Assembly: GCA_964016885.1 (NCBI GenBank)
Contig: OZ024747.1
Span: 33,542,001 to 33,606,000, forward strand
Direction of reading: 5' to 3'
From: Eledone cirrhosa
Lineage: Eukaryota
DNA: 64,000 nt
Shown one piece after another: positions 1 to 12,179 of the stretch. The number at the start of each line of letters is the position of its first letter. The stretch's first letter is position 1. The translations under genes and the position numbers were made by a program. Below the pieces are notes generated by a model. It had not been told where the DNA came from. It searched no databases and saw nothing but the letters and a program-made list of their open reading frames with translations.

Positions 1-48
1 GGATTAATATATATATGCAGGTATCTCCCATCATTAAGGGAACCACAA

Positions 49-132
49 GTCTGATGAGCTATTGATTCCAGAATTGGGCCTGATTGATATGGATCATTCT
101 TTGCGCTGATCAATTGTGAAACGCATGTCACG
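49..132 (+). ncRNA. Type I hammerhead ribozyme motif with long stem II (probable Penelope pLTR fragment)
   Basis: CTGATGA at 51-57. Stem II is GCTATTGATT/GATCAATTGT around a long insert. GAAAC-GCAT-GTC follows, then AATAAA at about 137-142. Stem I is only 2 bp. Confidence 0.55.
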
Positions 133-184
133 CCTGAATAAACTTAATGATGATACTCTGATACCTCATTTCTGCGTATTATAT

Positions 185-292
185 AATCCCGCCGAGGTCA
201 ACTTTGCCTTTCATCCTTACAGGGTCGATAAAATAAAGTACGAGTAATACACTGAGATAATTGCTGGCCTTGTGCCAAAAGTAGAAACAATT
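185..292 (+). mobile_element. tRNA-derived SINE (Nin-like domain), 5'-truncated
   Basis: AATCCCGCCGAGGTCAACTTTGCCTTTCATCCTTACAGGGTCGATAAAATAAAGTAC, shared with more than 10 copies in the window. Confidence 0.75.
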
Positions 293-794
293 ATATATAT
301 ATATATATATATATAATATTACGGCTCCTTTTGTTGAGCTAATTTTTAATCCCCTATAAACGGCTGTTATTTCTAGCGCCATGAATATGAGATAGCTAGT
401 GAGCTGGAAAACCCCGTACAAAACCTCGTGCGTTTGCGCTAGTGAACCAGACCTCCTAAATTATTTCGAGGTGAAGCATCCTAATTTTTTCTGGATACCT
501 GTTGAGAAGCACAGAAAATTGGAATATTTCACTTTTTATACTATCGTTGCGAAACTTATTTGGGGTTTGAAATTCAAATTTATCTGCGGAACAGGTTTGG
601 ATTTTAAAATTTAAATTTGTCCAGGTATCACGGCTATTTGCCAATATGGGTTTGTTTTTATTTATTTATTATTTTAAATCGAGACAGGCAAACTATATAT
701 ATTTATTTGAATTAGTTTATTTCATTCTAGCTAACTTCGTCTTTTACAATACAAACACTTATGTGTTTATCATATATTAATTTATATTAACTTG

Positions 795-825
<31 letters not shown>

Positions 826-1282
826 AGAGAGGGAGAGAGAGAAATGGTTAAGTATGTGGGAGGAACAATAACTAAAAAGCCCCCCCCCCCTTTGCTAAAA
901 AAGGGGGTTATTTTAAATGATGCCAATCTGTATGAGATCAATGAGATAACATTAATATTGTATTGAGTCAGATAAGCATCATTACAAAAACAAAAACAAA
1001 AAGAAGTGTCTATGTGATTGGTGAAAGATAGATGAAATCATTAATCATCAGAGAAAGAACATTTGAGATAATTAATACTGTGGTACTCCATTTTACATGA
1101 TAAATTTTAATGTGGTTATGGAAAATAAAGTTTTTTCTTAAATCATTGATAAAAAAATATAATGTATAATGCAATACAATTTGATAAATAGATGTGAAAA
1201 TGTGAATTGATAAAGGAATTGATAAACAAAGAAGAATGATAGCAACATTTTAGATAACTCAGACACATATACATATATGTAC

Positions 1283-1465
1283 ATACGAGGGTAGGCTGAA
1301 CATGACTAAGAAGTGATGCTAGAACTGTGAAATCTTGCATATATGTACATATGAGAGTAGGCTGAACTGTTCATAGGCTGAATATGTAGGCGTGATGCTA
1401 AAGGTGTGAAATTTTGAATATATGTATATACGAGGATAGACTGAAAAGTTCACAGACTGACTATG
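1283..1465 (+). mobile_element. Three partial tandem ends of a mariner-type MITE
   Basis: TACGAGGGTAGGCTGAA, TATGAGAGTAGGCTGAACTGTTCATAGGCTGA and TACGAGGATAGACTGAAAAGTTCACAGACTGAC match the TIR of the MITEs at 47616 and 48376. Confidence 0.6.
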
Positions 1466-1588
1466 ATAAATAAAAATAAATGACAGCAAAATTTTATATA
1501 ACATGCAGTCACACATACATATATGTACATATATCAGAAGACCTGATTCTAATAACTTCTTTTATTGTTGATAATTACACAATACGTA

Positions 1589-1656
<68 letters not shown>

Positions 1657-1803
1657 ATCATCACTGTTTAACATTCATTTTTCCATGGTGGCAGGCTATA
1701 TATGGGCTATACATATGTATATGTTGCAGCTTGTTCCACAGAAATGCAATATGGAAATGCCTTTAAAATTATGATGATCACACACACACATATATATAAA
1801 TAT

Positions 1804-1846
<43 letters not shown>

Positions 1847-1862
1847 TAAAATAACAGATTAA

Positions 1863-1913
1863 AGTTTAAGCAAAGAATCGCTGCTTTCGCCCTTAACGGG
1901 ATCTTCTGAAACT
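1863..1913 (-). ncRNA. Variant hammerhead motif (CAGAAGA core) in inverted pLTR
   Basis: Reverse complement reads AGTTT-CAGAAGA-TCCC GTTAA GGGC-GAAAGCAG CGATTCT TTGCT-T-AAACT. Confidence 0.6.
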
Positions 1914-2294
1914 AACAAAGTCAATCTGTAAACGCAGAACTGGATATTTCAAAAAACGTTGCAACCGGAGGAAGACAGGAAGACGATACTTTGGTTCGTG
2001 GAAACGTTCGCTGGCAAAGAACGGGAAAAAACGAATATAATACGTCATTAATAGGAGCGGTGAAAAACAATAACGCGCAAAGACAGAACCACGTTTATGG
2101 TATAAAAGAGGTCGTAGACTAATGTTCTCTTAGGTGGTGCATAGAGACGTTCTCTGGCAATGAACGAAAATACGAAGATAATACGTCATATGTGGAGAAC
2201 AATAGCACGCAAAGACAAAACCACGTAAATGGTATAGCAGAAGTCGTAGACTAAATTCTAACTAGGAGACCGAATTAATCTCCGCTACAGAGTT

Positions 2295-4287
2295 GGGCCT
2301 TTTACTTCGATAATCCGCGAAAAGCAGACAACAAACAGGATACATTTGGATTTAAAACCTATAATATCCCCCCGTGTAACCCAGCATTGCTACCCTTCGA
2401 AAATGATGTCTTGGAACTCATTCGGAGTATCAAATTTCGGAATAGGAGCAATTCCTTCCAGCTAGACCTGAAGAATAGAATTCGTTCTATTAAGGATTCT
2501 AATGCCGTGCACGTATATTCTGACAAATCTGGCAACCTATATCAAGTGGAGCGCAGTACTTACCATCAACTACTACATAATGCTGTAACTAAGGATTAGC
2601 GTAAAACTAATGTGTGCGTCATCAATGAAATCAACGATGCTGGGTTTAAAATCACATCTGATCTCAACATCCTGGACCGGACCGAACCTCTGGACCCTAT
2701 TTCTCCCCACTTTACCCTGAAGGATCACAAATCCAATTTTCTGAACAACCCCTCTATTCGGCTTATTAACCCTACGAAGTCCGATTTAGGTAGACTTAGT
2801 AAAACGATTCTTGATAGAATTATACCTGAAATTAGAAGTTTGGCCCCTCTAGCACTGTGGAACAATTCCTTCGCGGTGATTGATTGGTTCAACGGCATAT
2901 GTAACAAGGAACATTGCCGTTTTATCCAATTCTACATCAACAATTACTACTCCTCCATCACTTTACCACTTCTCCTTAGAGCTATCAATTTCGCTAAAAC
3001 ACTCACAGTGGTTAAGGATTTCGAAGTTGATGTCATCCTCAATGCCCGAAAGTCGGTGATTAATTTCGACGACTTTATTTGGATCAAAAAATCCAATAGT
3101 ACCCCATTCGACGTGAGTATGGGCACCAGTGATTCTGCGGAGGTTACTAATTTTATTGGCCTTTTCCTTCTTTTCTCTATCAAGGACGAATTCCCCAACG
3201 CGGGCAGTGGTTTGTACCGTGACGATGGTCTTTTGACCATGACTAAGTGCGGACCTCGTGCTTGTGACAGGTTCAGAAAAGAACTCACAGCCTTCTTTAA
3301 AGGCTTCAACCTCTCTATACAGGTTGAGGCCAATCTCTCGATCGTTAATTACCTCGACGTTACCCTCAACTTATTGAATGGGTTTGTATTACCCGAATAG
3401 AAAGCCGAATGATACGCTTAATTACATAAGTAAGCATTCCAACCATCCTGTCAGCATAACCAAGAACCTGGTAAGAAAAGTTTCGTTGAGGCTTTCCCGT
3501 CTTTCCACCAACGAGCGTATTTTCAACGACCATTCCACTTATTACAATGAAGCTCTTGCTCGAAATGGATTTGTCGATAAGGTAGCTTATACAGAGTACG
3601 AAAATAGACCTAGAACGAATAGATCCCGTCGCATTTGTTGGTATAACCCACCATATAATATGGAGGTGGCCACACCTTTAGCTAAGATCTTTCTTTCCCT
3701 TATTACGAAGCATTTTCTCCCTACACATAAATATAGTAACATTTTTAATAGAAATACTATTAAAATTTCTTACTCTACGACTCCTAACCTTGCACATAAC
3801 ATCACAGCTTCAAATTTAGCTAAACTACCTAGCCGTAGGAACACATGCAACCCTGTAGTTAGTACTAACTGTAATTGTAGGAATCGGGTTGATTGCCCCC
3901 TATCCAGGAAATGCCTCTCTAGTAACATTTTCTACAAATGTAAGGTTGTAACACCCACGTCCTATAGGGCCTACATAGGGTTAACCACCAATAGATTCAA
4001 GCAGTGTCTTTACATGCATACCCATTCTTTTCGTTACCCTCTAAGAATGAATATGACGTCACTTTCAGGTCATATCTGGAGTCTAAAAGACAACCACACC
4101 CAATATAAGTTACACTGGGAGATCCTAGCTAGGGCTAGATCGTATAACGGAAATAAAAGACCATGTGACCACTGCGCCGCTGAGGGCCTGGAAATACGCT
4201 ACGCCACAGACCACATCTTAAACAAAAAATCTGAGGCAATTTAGGCTTGTAAACATAAATTGCACAAAACTTTCCTGTATTACAGCT
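2295..4287 (+). pseudogene. Penelope/Naiad reverse transcriptase + GIY-YIG endonuclease, disrupted
   Basis: RT motifs TLKDHK..RLINPTKSDLG, MGTSDSAEV, YRDDGL, NYLDVTLNL. EN region CNCRNRVDCPLSRKC, IFYKC..AYIGLT, CDHC..E..LNKKSE. Stops at 2597 and 4242 (TCG in copy 2), frameshift near 3385, first RT Asp reads Tyr. Confidence 0.92.
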
Positions 4288-5012
4288 ATGTGTATACGGG
4301 AGTTTTGCGTCTGTGTGAGTATGCAGGTTCGTACGTATGTAGGGCGTGGGTATATGTGTACTTCATGTTTTGGTTGACTTACGTCTCCGAACATTCGTGT
4401 ATTTACATGTAGGTATGTGTGTGCGCTTGTTATATACGTATTTACTTATTTATATACGTTCTATAATTATTTATTTATTTGTATACACACATACACACAC
4501 ACACACATTTATATGCGCGTGGTTTTGTTTACCTATGGTAAGTTTTGGTGTATGCTTGTGTATGTACGTATTTGTTTGTGCGTATGTATTTATTTCTATT
4601 ACTTCTGTTGTGTATTTATTTACTTTGTTCTTAACTCTGTAGCGGAGATTCATTCGGTCTCCTAGTTAGAATTTAGTCTACGACTTCTGCGATACCATTT
4701 ACGTTGTTTTGTCTTTGCGTGCTATTGTTCTCCATGTTCTACATATGACGTATTATCTTCGTTTTTTCGTTCATTGCCAGAGAACGTCTCTATGCACCAC
4801 CTAAGAGAACATTAGTCTACGACCTCTTTTATACGTGGTTCTGTCTTTGCGCGTAATTGTTTTTCACCGCTCCTATTAATGACGTATTATATTCGTTTTT
4901 TCCCGTTCTTTGCCAGCGAACGTTCCACGAACCAAAGTATCGTCTTCCTGTCTTTCTCCGGTTGCAACGTTTTTTGAAATATCCAGTTCTGCGTTTACAG
5001 ATTGACTTTGTT

Positions 5013-5063
5013 AGTTTCAGAAGATCCCGTTAAGGGTGAAAGCAGCGATTCATTGCTTAAACT
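5013..5063 (+). ncRNA. Variant hammerhead motif (CAGAAGA core) in 3' pLTR
   Basis: Stem I AGTTT/AAACT, stem II CCC/GGG, GAAA, stem III AGCA/TGCT, predicted CUU site, AATAAA about 15 nt downstream. Confidence 0.6.
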
Positions 5064-5192
5064 TTAATCTGTTATTTTAATAAATATTTGCTCTACGGTT
5101 CTTATATATTTGATATATATTTATCCTTATCGATCATCTTTGGATTTAGTCTTCAAATTTATTATTATTACTATATATATATATATATATAT

Positions 5193-6733
5193 ATTTATTA
5201 AAATAACAGATTAAAGTTTAAGCAAAGAATCGCTGCTTTCACCCTTAACGGGATCTTCTGAAACTAACAAAGCCAATCTGTAAACGCAGAACTGGATATT
5301 TCAAAAAACGTTGCAACCGGAGGAAGACAGGAAGACGATACTTTGGTTCATGGTGACGTTCGCTGGCAAAGAACGGGAAAAAACGAATATAATACGTCAT
5401 TAATAGGAGCGGTGAAAAACAATTACGTGCAAGGACAGAACCAATATAAGTTACACTGGGAGATCCTAGCTAGAGCTAGATCGTATAACGGAAATAAAAG
5501 ACCATGTGACCTCTGCGCCGCTGAGGCCCTGGAAATACTCTACGCCACAGACCACATCTTAAACAAAAAATCTGAGGCAATTTCGGCTTGTAAACATAAA
5601 TTGCACAAAACTTTCCTGTATTACAGCCCAACGTTATACCCTAACGGATAGCACGATCTATACGTGGATATTTACGTCTTGATGTGGGAGCTAAGTATAT
5701 GTTTTGTTTATTCCTTTACTTTTTGCATAGGTAAGTTTATATTACCCGTATGTTTCGTGAAGGTATGTATACCTTCTCGTACGTATATTTGACTGTTTTG
5801 GCGTATAATTTTTACATATTCTGGTATTTAGGGCTTGGTTATGTGTATATGGGAGTTTTGCGTCTGCGTGAGTATGCAGGTTCGTACGTATGGTGGGTGT
5901 GTGTATATGTGTACTTCTTGTTTTAGTTGACTTACGTCTCCGAACCTTCATGTATTTATTTGTAGGTATGTGTGTGCGCTTGTTATATACGTATTTATTT
6001 ACTTATATACGTTTATATAATTATTTATTTATTTGTACACAAGCATACACACATACACATATTTATATGTGCGTGGTTTTGTATACCTATGGTAAGGTTT
6101 TGCGTATGCTTGTGTATGTACGTATCTGTTTGCGTGTATGTATTTATTTGTTCCTATTACTTCTGTATTGTATTTATTTACTTCGTTCTTAACTCTGTAG
6201 CGGAGATTCATTCGGTCTCCTAGTTAGAATTTTAGTCGACGACTTCTGCTATACCATCTACGTGGTTTTGTCTTTGCACGCTATTGTTCTCCACGCTCCA
6301 CATATGACTTATTATCTTCGTTTTTCGTTCATTGCCAGAGAACGTCTCTATGCACCACTTAGAGAACATTAGTCTTCGACCTCTTTTATACCATAAACGT
6401 GGTTCTGTCCTTGCACGTAATTGTTTTTCACCGCTCCTATTAATGACGTATTATTCGTTTTTTCCCGTTCTTTGCCAGCGAACGTCACCATGAACCAAAG
6501 TATCGTCTTCCTGTCTTCCTCCGGTTGCAACGTTTTTTGAAATATCCAGTTCTGCGTTTACAGATTGACTTTGTTAGTTTCAGAAGATCCCGTTAAGGGT
6601 GAAAGCAGCGATTCTTTGCTTAAACTTTAATCTGTTATTTTAATAAATATTTGCTCTTCGGTTCCTATATATTTGATATATATTTTCCTTATCGAGCCCT
6701 CTCTGGATTTAGTCTTCAATTTTATTATTATTA

Positions 6734-6737
<4 letters not shown>
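5193..6737 (+). mobile_element. Second, heavily 5'-truncated copy of the same Naiad-type element with its own inverted pLTR
   Basis: 5193-5443 is the reverse complement of about 6400-6648. It joins the EN C-terminus (QYKLHWEILARARSYNGNKRPCDLCAAE..CKHK) and a full 3' UTR. HHR motifs lie at 5215-5265 (-) and 6576-6626 (+). Confidence 0.9.
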
Positions 6738-6777
<40 letters not shown>

Positions 6778-7089
6778 TTAAGGATACTATTTATGGTTAT
6801 GTATATACTAAAACCTTTTATAGTTATATATATTTTAAACCCTAAACAGTGAAATACAGTAATTTATTACTACCTTATTACCAGTAAGATAAATAGCTCA
6901 ATGTAATAACATCAGTTGTTCTACAGAGCAGTTATATAGAAATTACTTGAATCAAAGTTCTGTTCAAACCAGATGGGATGAGTAGCAGTAAACTATGGTA
7001 CAGGCTTGAATGGGTCATTGTCTGGCCGAGAGAGGGAACTGACTAAGCGAATTTCGTTTAAATTTGCGGTAGCTAATGGTCAACTTTCC

Positions 7090-7396
7090 CCTGGACCTGC
7101 GCCTGCGCAGACTAGTGGGGGTGAATTGGTACTCACTTTGGAACGGATGAAGAACCCAAAAGCACATACTTCGTCCGTTCCCATGTCGATTCAATTTGGA
7201 TTGCCTTGGAAACATAACCTTATTATGTAACAAGCTGTCTGACGATGTCGCGAGACTGGCCCACAGAACAGTGTGGCCACTTTCGCCATTGAAATATATA
7301 TCACAGCATTATTATTAAAGGACTTGAACATCTGAAACTACTTCGCTTTTCCTTATTCGATATTTACTCCGTCATTCCTATGTGGAATAAGTACGT
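7090..7396 (+). promoter_or_regulatory. Possible CpG-containing promoter or first exon
   Basis: TGCGCCTGCGCA (NRF1-like, 7098-7109), TGTCGCGAGA (BANP/CGCG-like, 7246-7255), CGCCATT (YY1-like, about 7284) and a GTACGT donor-like site at 7391. Confidence 0.25.
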
Positions 7397-7544
7397 TGAG
7401 TGCTTGATTTGAATTGCATCAATATTTACTCTAAGTATATATATTTATATGTATATACACACATGACATGGTGTGGAATAAAGGATGGAAAAGGGAGGAA
7501 AAGATAAGGAAGATGAAAGCAGGAAAGGAAGAGAGAAAGCAGCT

Positions 7545-7830
7545 ACAAACATACATATTCTCTCTCTTTCATACATTCATACATACATGTGCACAAATGT
7601 ACATACATTCACGCACATACATACACACACATACATACATTCATACATATACACAAACGTACATACATACTTATAGTCATTCACACAAACGTACATACAA
7701 ACATACACACAAATATACATACATACACACAAATATACATACATACATACACACAAATATACATACATACATACACATACATACATTCAAACATATATAT
7801 ACACAAATGTACATACATGTACACATACAT
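7545..7830. repeat. (TACA)n/(CA)n compound microsatellite
   Basis: Visible ACAT/ACAC repeats. Overlapping ORFs are low-complexity artefacts. Confidence 0.9.
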
Positions 7831-7944
7831 TTGAAGCTATAAACCAAGTATACACACTTGAGGTCAGACAACAATTGACACACATATATAGGTACATAAA
7901 ACTACAAATAATGCATCAGTTAGTCAATCCAATGACAATAATAA

Positions 7945-8505
7945 TGATTGCTACTATAGGCTCAAGGCCAGCAATTTGGAGAGAGGGAAAATCAATTAAG
8001 TTACTAGCACTTTATTTTATTGACCCTGTAAGGATGAAAAAGAAAGCTAAACTCTGCCAGATTTGAATTCAGAACATAAAGGGATGTAACTATATGCTGT
8101 ACAACATGTTGTTCAAAACTCTACCAATACTGCCAATCCACCACACTGTAATAATGATTTCTAGCATAGTCACAAGGCCAGTAATTTTGGAGAGAGGAAA
8201 GTCGATTAAATCGACCCAGTACTTTACTGGTGCTTTAATTTATCGACCCCGTAAGAATGAAAGGCAAAGTTAACCTCGACGGGATTTGAACTCAGACTGT
8301 AAAGGACTGTAACTCTATGCTGCAAAGCATGGCGTCCACCACCCTACCACACTGTAATAATAATAATGATTTCTGATTTATACACAAGGCCAACAATTTT
8401 GGAGGAGAGAAATGTTGCTTAAATTGACTCTAGTGCATTACTGTTACTTTATTTATTACCTCTGTAAGGATGAAAGGCTAAGCTAACCACAGTGGGATTT
8501 GAACT
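7945..8505 (-). mobile_element. Three tandem tRNA-derived (Nin-like) SINE copies
   Basis: Repeated CAAGGCCAGCAATTT..TTTATCGACCCCGTAAGAATGAAAGGCAAAGTTAACCTCGACGGGATTTGAACTCAG. Confidence 0.8.
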
Positions 8506-8529
8506 AATAATTGAGCTGGCATTAAGAAA

Positions 8530-8990
8530 ACAATAGAATCGATGCAATGTGGACGTTTGTGTATAAAAATAAAATGCTATGAAAAAACTAAAGAATAAGA
8601 AAACAAATAAAAACAGATTCTCCAATAGGGAGACCCCTGAGGGTCTCTAATGGAAAAAGCCCACAAAGGCAAGTGACAACTCCCAGATTACAGGTGCAAA
8701 CTTAGAGCAGGCCTTTTCACTTGAATCATGCTCCCCACTCTCAGCCATCTTTCAACGAACTGGTTAGCGGGTACCCCTGTCCTCCAAATCATGGAATTGA
8801 TTCTTCTGTAAAACAGATGTCAATGCAAACTGTTCAACTATCCCCATAGAAATGTTAATTTGGTAAATCACTGTCGTAGATCGATGCATTCTGTGACATG
8901 TGCAGTTGTAAATCACAGGGAATTCACTCAGCCATATTACAGATATCAACTTGATGTAAATTCTTCAGTTGCGCATACAACATTAAAATA
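8530..8990 (-). mobile_element. Decayed 3' end of an L1/Tx1-type LINE
   Basis: The minus strand encodes FVERWLRVGSMIQVKRP, similar to FAERWVNVARMARVSGP at the ORF2 end of the 55.7-61.3 kb LINE. A T-rich 3' UTR follows. Confidence 0.6.
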
Positions 8991-9577
8991 CCATAGAGTT
9001 AATATGAGAGAAACCAAACATAAACACTGTCTAATGTAATGTATGGAGACACTTAATTTAGAGGAAAACATAAGAAAAAATTTAAATAAAATAAAATAAT
9101 TAAGTTAATAAAAATCATGAGACTAGCAGTAAGTTGAGCAAAAAACACATTATTACTGCTATGCCATGTCCTTAGCAAAAACAATTAAATGTTTAATAAT
9201 GAAATCCATCACACTATAAATAGGCATCATGAAGAGGAATAGCTTCATACTGTATAAAACGATATCAGTGTGAAGGCACATGGCTTAGTTAGTGATTAGC
9301 CTATGAATGTAAGGCTGTGAGTTTGATTCCTGGACTGAGTAACATGTGTCCTTGAACACGATGCTTTATTTTATGTTACTACATTTCATCTACAGGTAAA
9401 ATGGAATTGCAATTTATGTCACCAGCCTTATCACACACCGTGTCAAGCTTAATATCCTTGTTAACCCTTTAGTTTCCAACCCGGCCAAAACTGGCTTTGG
9501 TTCTATGAAATGAAAACACCCATTTAAAAAGGTTTCCAATTTAAATAAAAATCTTCCAACATTATTTTAAATAAAGT

Positions 9578-9750
9578 GGTAGATTGGCAGTATCGGTAGA
9601 GGATCGGATGCCATCCTTTCCAGCATTGAGTTACCTCCCTTCAAATCCCGCTGAGGTTAACTTTGCCTTTCATCCTTATGGGGTCGATAAAATAAAGTAC
9701 CAGTAACGTACTGGGATAATTGCTGGCCTTGTGCCAATAGTAGAAACAAT
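9578..9750 (+). mobile_element. tRNA-derived SINE (Nin-like)
   Basis: TTGGCAGTATCGGTAGAG (A-box-like), TTCAAATCCCGC (B-box-like), GCCTTTCATCCTTATGGGGTCGATAAAATAAAGTACCAG. Confidence 0.8.
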
Positions 9751-10269
9751 TATTTTAAATAAGAACCTTACATTAAGTTACTATCATAGTAATGAAAAAT
9801 TAGTAATTTTAGTAAATCCCTCAAAATTCTTCATTAGTTAATTAAAATTGAGGGTATTTCATTAGAAATGCAGTCATGAAAGATTTAATTTGTTGAGAGC
9901 GCCATATCTGTGGAATGCTCAGCCACTTATATGTTAATTTCACAAGCAAGCAGTTCCATTAGTTGAATCAAATGTAGTACTTGGTGTCAGAAATGACAGA
10001 GGTCCAACATTGATATCAGAATACGTAAAAGTGAAGATTCAATTTTTATACCTACAATTTGTATAACTTACGAGGGTTGGCTGCAAAGTTTAGGTGCTGA
10101 AAATGTCATAGGCTGACTAAGATACGCTCATGGAATGACCAAATTAGATTTATTTTTCAACATATTCCCTGGAAAGAAACAATATTTATATGCAGGGTTT
10201 CTAATTATATTCCTGAGTTAGTATCTTGCCTAATTCAACTCAACCTTTCATCATTTTCAGGTCAATAAT

Positions 10270-10497
10270 ATAAATTATCTGTCAAGGAAGAGTGGCAAAG
10301 ACCATGGAATTAGTCCAAATTTGCCAACCAAGACCTCATTCAGAACCTCACATCTAAACCAGTCAGCTTTGACCTCTCATCTAAACCAGCCAGCTTTGAC
10401 CTCTCCAGAAAGCAATGGGTGTTCCTTAGTTGGATCTGCACAGCACATGCCAGGACAGCTGATCATCTCCACTGATGGAAAATGAAAGACAGCTGAC
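10270..10497 (+). mobile_element. LINE C-terminal fragment
   Basis: Encodes PASFDLSRKQWVFLSWICTAHARTADHLH*WKMKDS, a region typically found just before the CCHC knuckle. Same family as 10638-10850 but in opposite orientation. Confidence 0.5.
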
Positions 10498-10637
10498 AAC
10501 TTATTTTTAAATCTAATATGAACTATATTCATTTGATTGGTACATAACAGAAGCACATTATCAAAATTGTTTGGGAGAATATAGTCGATTAAACTAATTA
10601 CAGTACTTCTTTTTCTCATATGATATATGCACAATAG

Positions 10638-10850
10638 TTAGAGAGGCAGGTGGAGACTGGCAAGCCAGACCAAGGCGTTATTTACAGCATTATGGATTCC
10701 CTCCAGGCCACTGGGAAAACATCTAAGGGGGCAATCCCAAACAACATGTAGCACTGTATGGTCAGGGTCCCCACAGTCGCATGCTGAGGTGATTTTCATT
10801 TTCCATCGATGGGATGGGAAATGGCAACCTTCATGTGGTCCTCCCTGAAC
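10638..10850 (-). mobile_element. LINE C-terminal zinc-knuckle fragment
   Basis: HRWKMKITSACDCGDPDHTVLHVVWDCPLRCF, a CxC..H..C motif of non-LTR ORF2 C-termini. Confidence 0.65.
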
Positions 10851-11336
10851 ATAATTCATTCCAACTAAAGCCATTGCTCACTATAAACACATCATTCATA
10901 AACATTACATATGTATACAAACACATTCTTCTCTCTCTTGTACACAATGTTTGATTCATCTTATACCTATTTTTGACAATGTGTATTTCCATTATTTGAG
11001 CAAGAAACATACCTGTATAAATCCACATCAAAATAGATGTAGTAGAATTGAAGCTAAACTCTGGCTTGTCAATATTTCTTTTGGATTAATTTGTATCATT
11101 ATAGAATTGGTTTTAAAGGGCAATTAAATGTTCGTAGTCAGGTAATTTTCCCTATCATGACTTAACGCAGTACCAGTATGCAGAGGTATAACTATAATAT
11201 GACATGCATGGCAATTTCCATGGGTGCCACTTGGTCCACTTTCTATTAAAGTCAGATAAACTATCACCAGAGAGTAAAATAATGCAGTTATGCAGTTTCC
11301 ATCGTCGGCTATGAGAGATTATTCAGCAAGTTGAAA

Positions 11337-11416
11337 TTAATACTCTCCTATTTGAGAGCCTCCTTGAGTCAAGTTAGACTGGGATCTTGCTCTTCTCAGT
11401 GTAGAAAGGAAAGAAT
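11337..11416 (-). CDS. Possible terminal coding exon of an unidentified host gene
   Basis: Acceptor TTTTTCTCAG, then SFLSTLRRARSQSNLTQGGSQIGEY-stop in non-repetitive sequence. No upstream exon could be linked. Confidence 0.2.
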
Positions 11417-12179
11417 CTGAGAAAAATTAACTTTGACCACATAATAGACCAAATTTACATCAGTAAAAGCAAGGAGGATGTAGTTGTAATTTTCATGTTT
11501 TGTTTTCAATTAAAAAATTAACGAGCGCAATTGGTATTTTGAACTGATTTTATAGTTATCTGAAAGGTGGGAGTCAGATATTTGAGCAGGGACACAATTT
11601 CACTGCTGGTCATAGGCGCTATTTTCCCCAGTTATGCCTCTGACAGTGTGGGTATACTTGCTACTATGATGACAGTATGATGACAGCTAAAGTAAGGCAG
11701 ATTTTTAATCAGTGTTAGTAAGAAAGTATAATAACTGTGTATGTTTCTATAATTTATTTTGTATCTTCATGCTGTAAACTAGTATATTCTTATAATATTT
11801 TCTATATAATACAATATATAAATTATGTATTTATTGATGAGACTTAAAATAAAACATAGAATCTATTAACTAGAAAGCATATGCAAAAGTGAATACTGTC
11901 AGAGAATTTAGTGGCAGAGTATAAGAAAGCAGATGGTTTGCAATCAAGTAACATATTAGTTTGAGAAAAATCTGTCTTTATTGATGACAAATTTGTTTTG
12001 TTTTATGAGTTCATTATATATACATTCAGTGGATGTTGTTCTTACTTTTGGTAAACTTAGACAGCTCTGCTAGAAAAAACATTTCTTGAAAAGGTAGCTT
12101 ACTCAACAAAAGCATTTAACTGATTAAGGCCATCATTAATGTAATACATGTTTTTAAAAACATTCCAGCTGTAACCATC

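Larger units (their letters stand above)
1841..5172 (+). mobile_element. Penelope-like retroelement (Naiad-type), 5'-truncated, with inverted pseudo-LTR
   Basis: 1841-2294 is the reverse complement of 4633-5085. The RT + GIY-YIG coding region lies between them. Both flanks are (TA)n. Confidence 0.92.

Noticed and set aside
2295-4287. Selenoprotein-type Naiad (UGA recoding, reported for some Naiads)
   Set aside because: The interrupting stops are TAG, not TGA, and the Cys motifs use normal codons. No SECIS was recognised.
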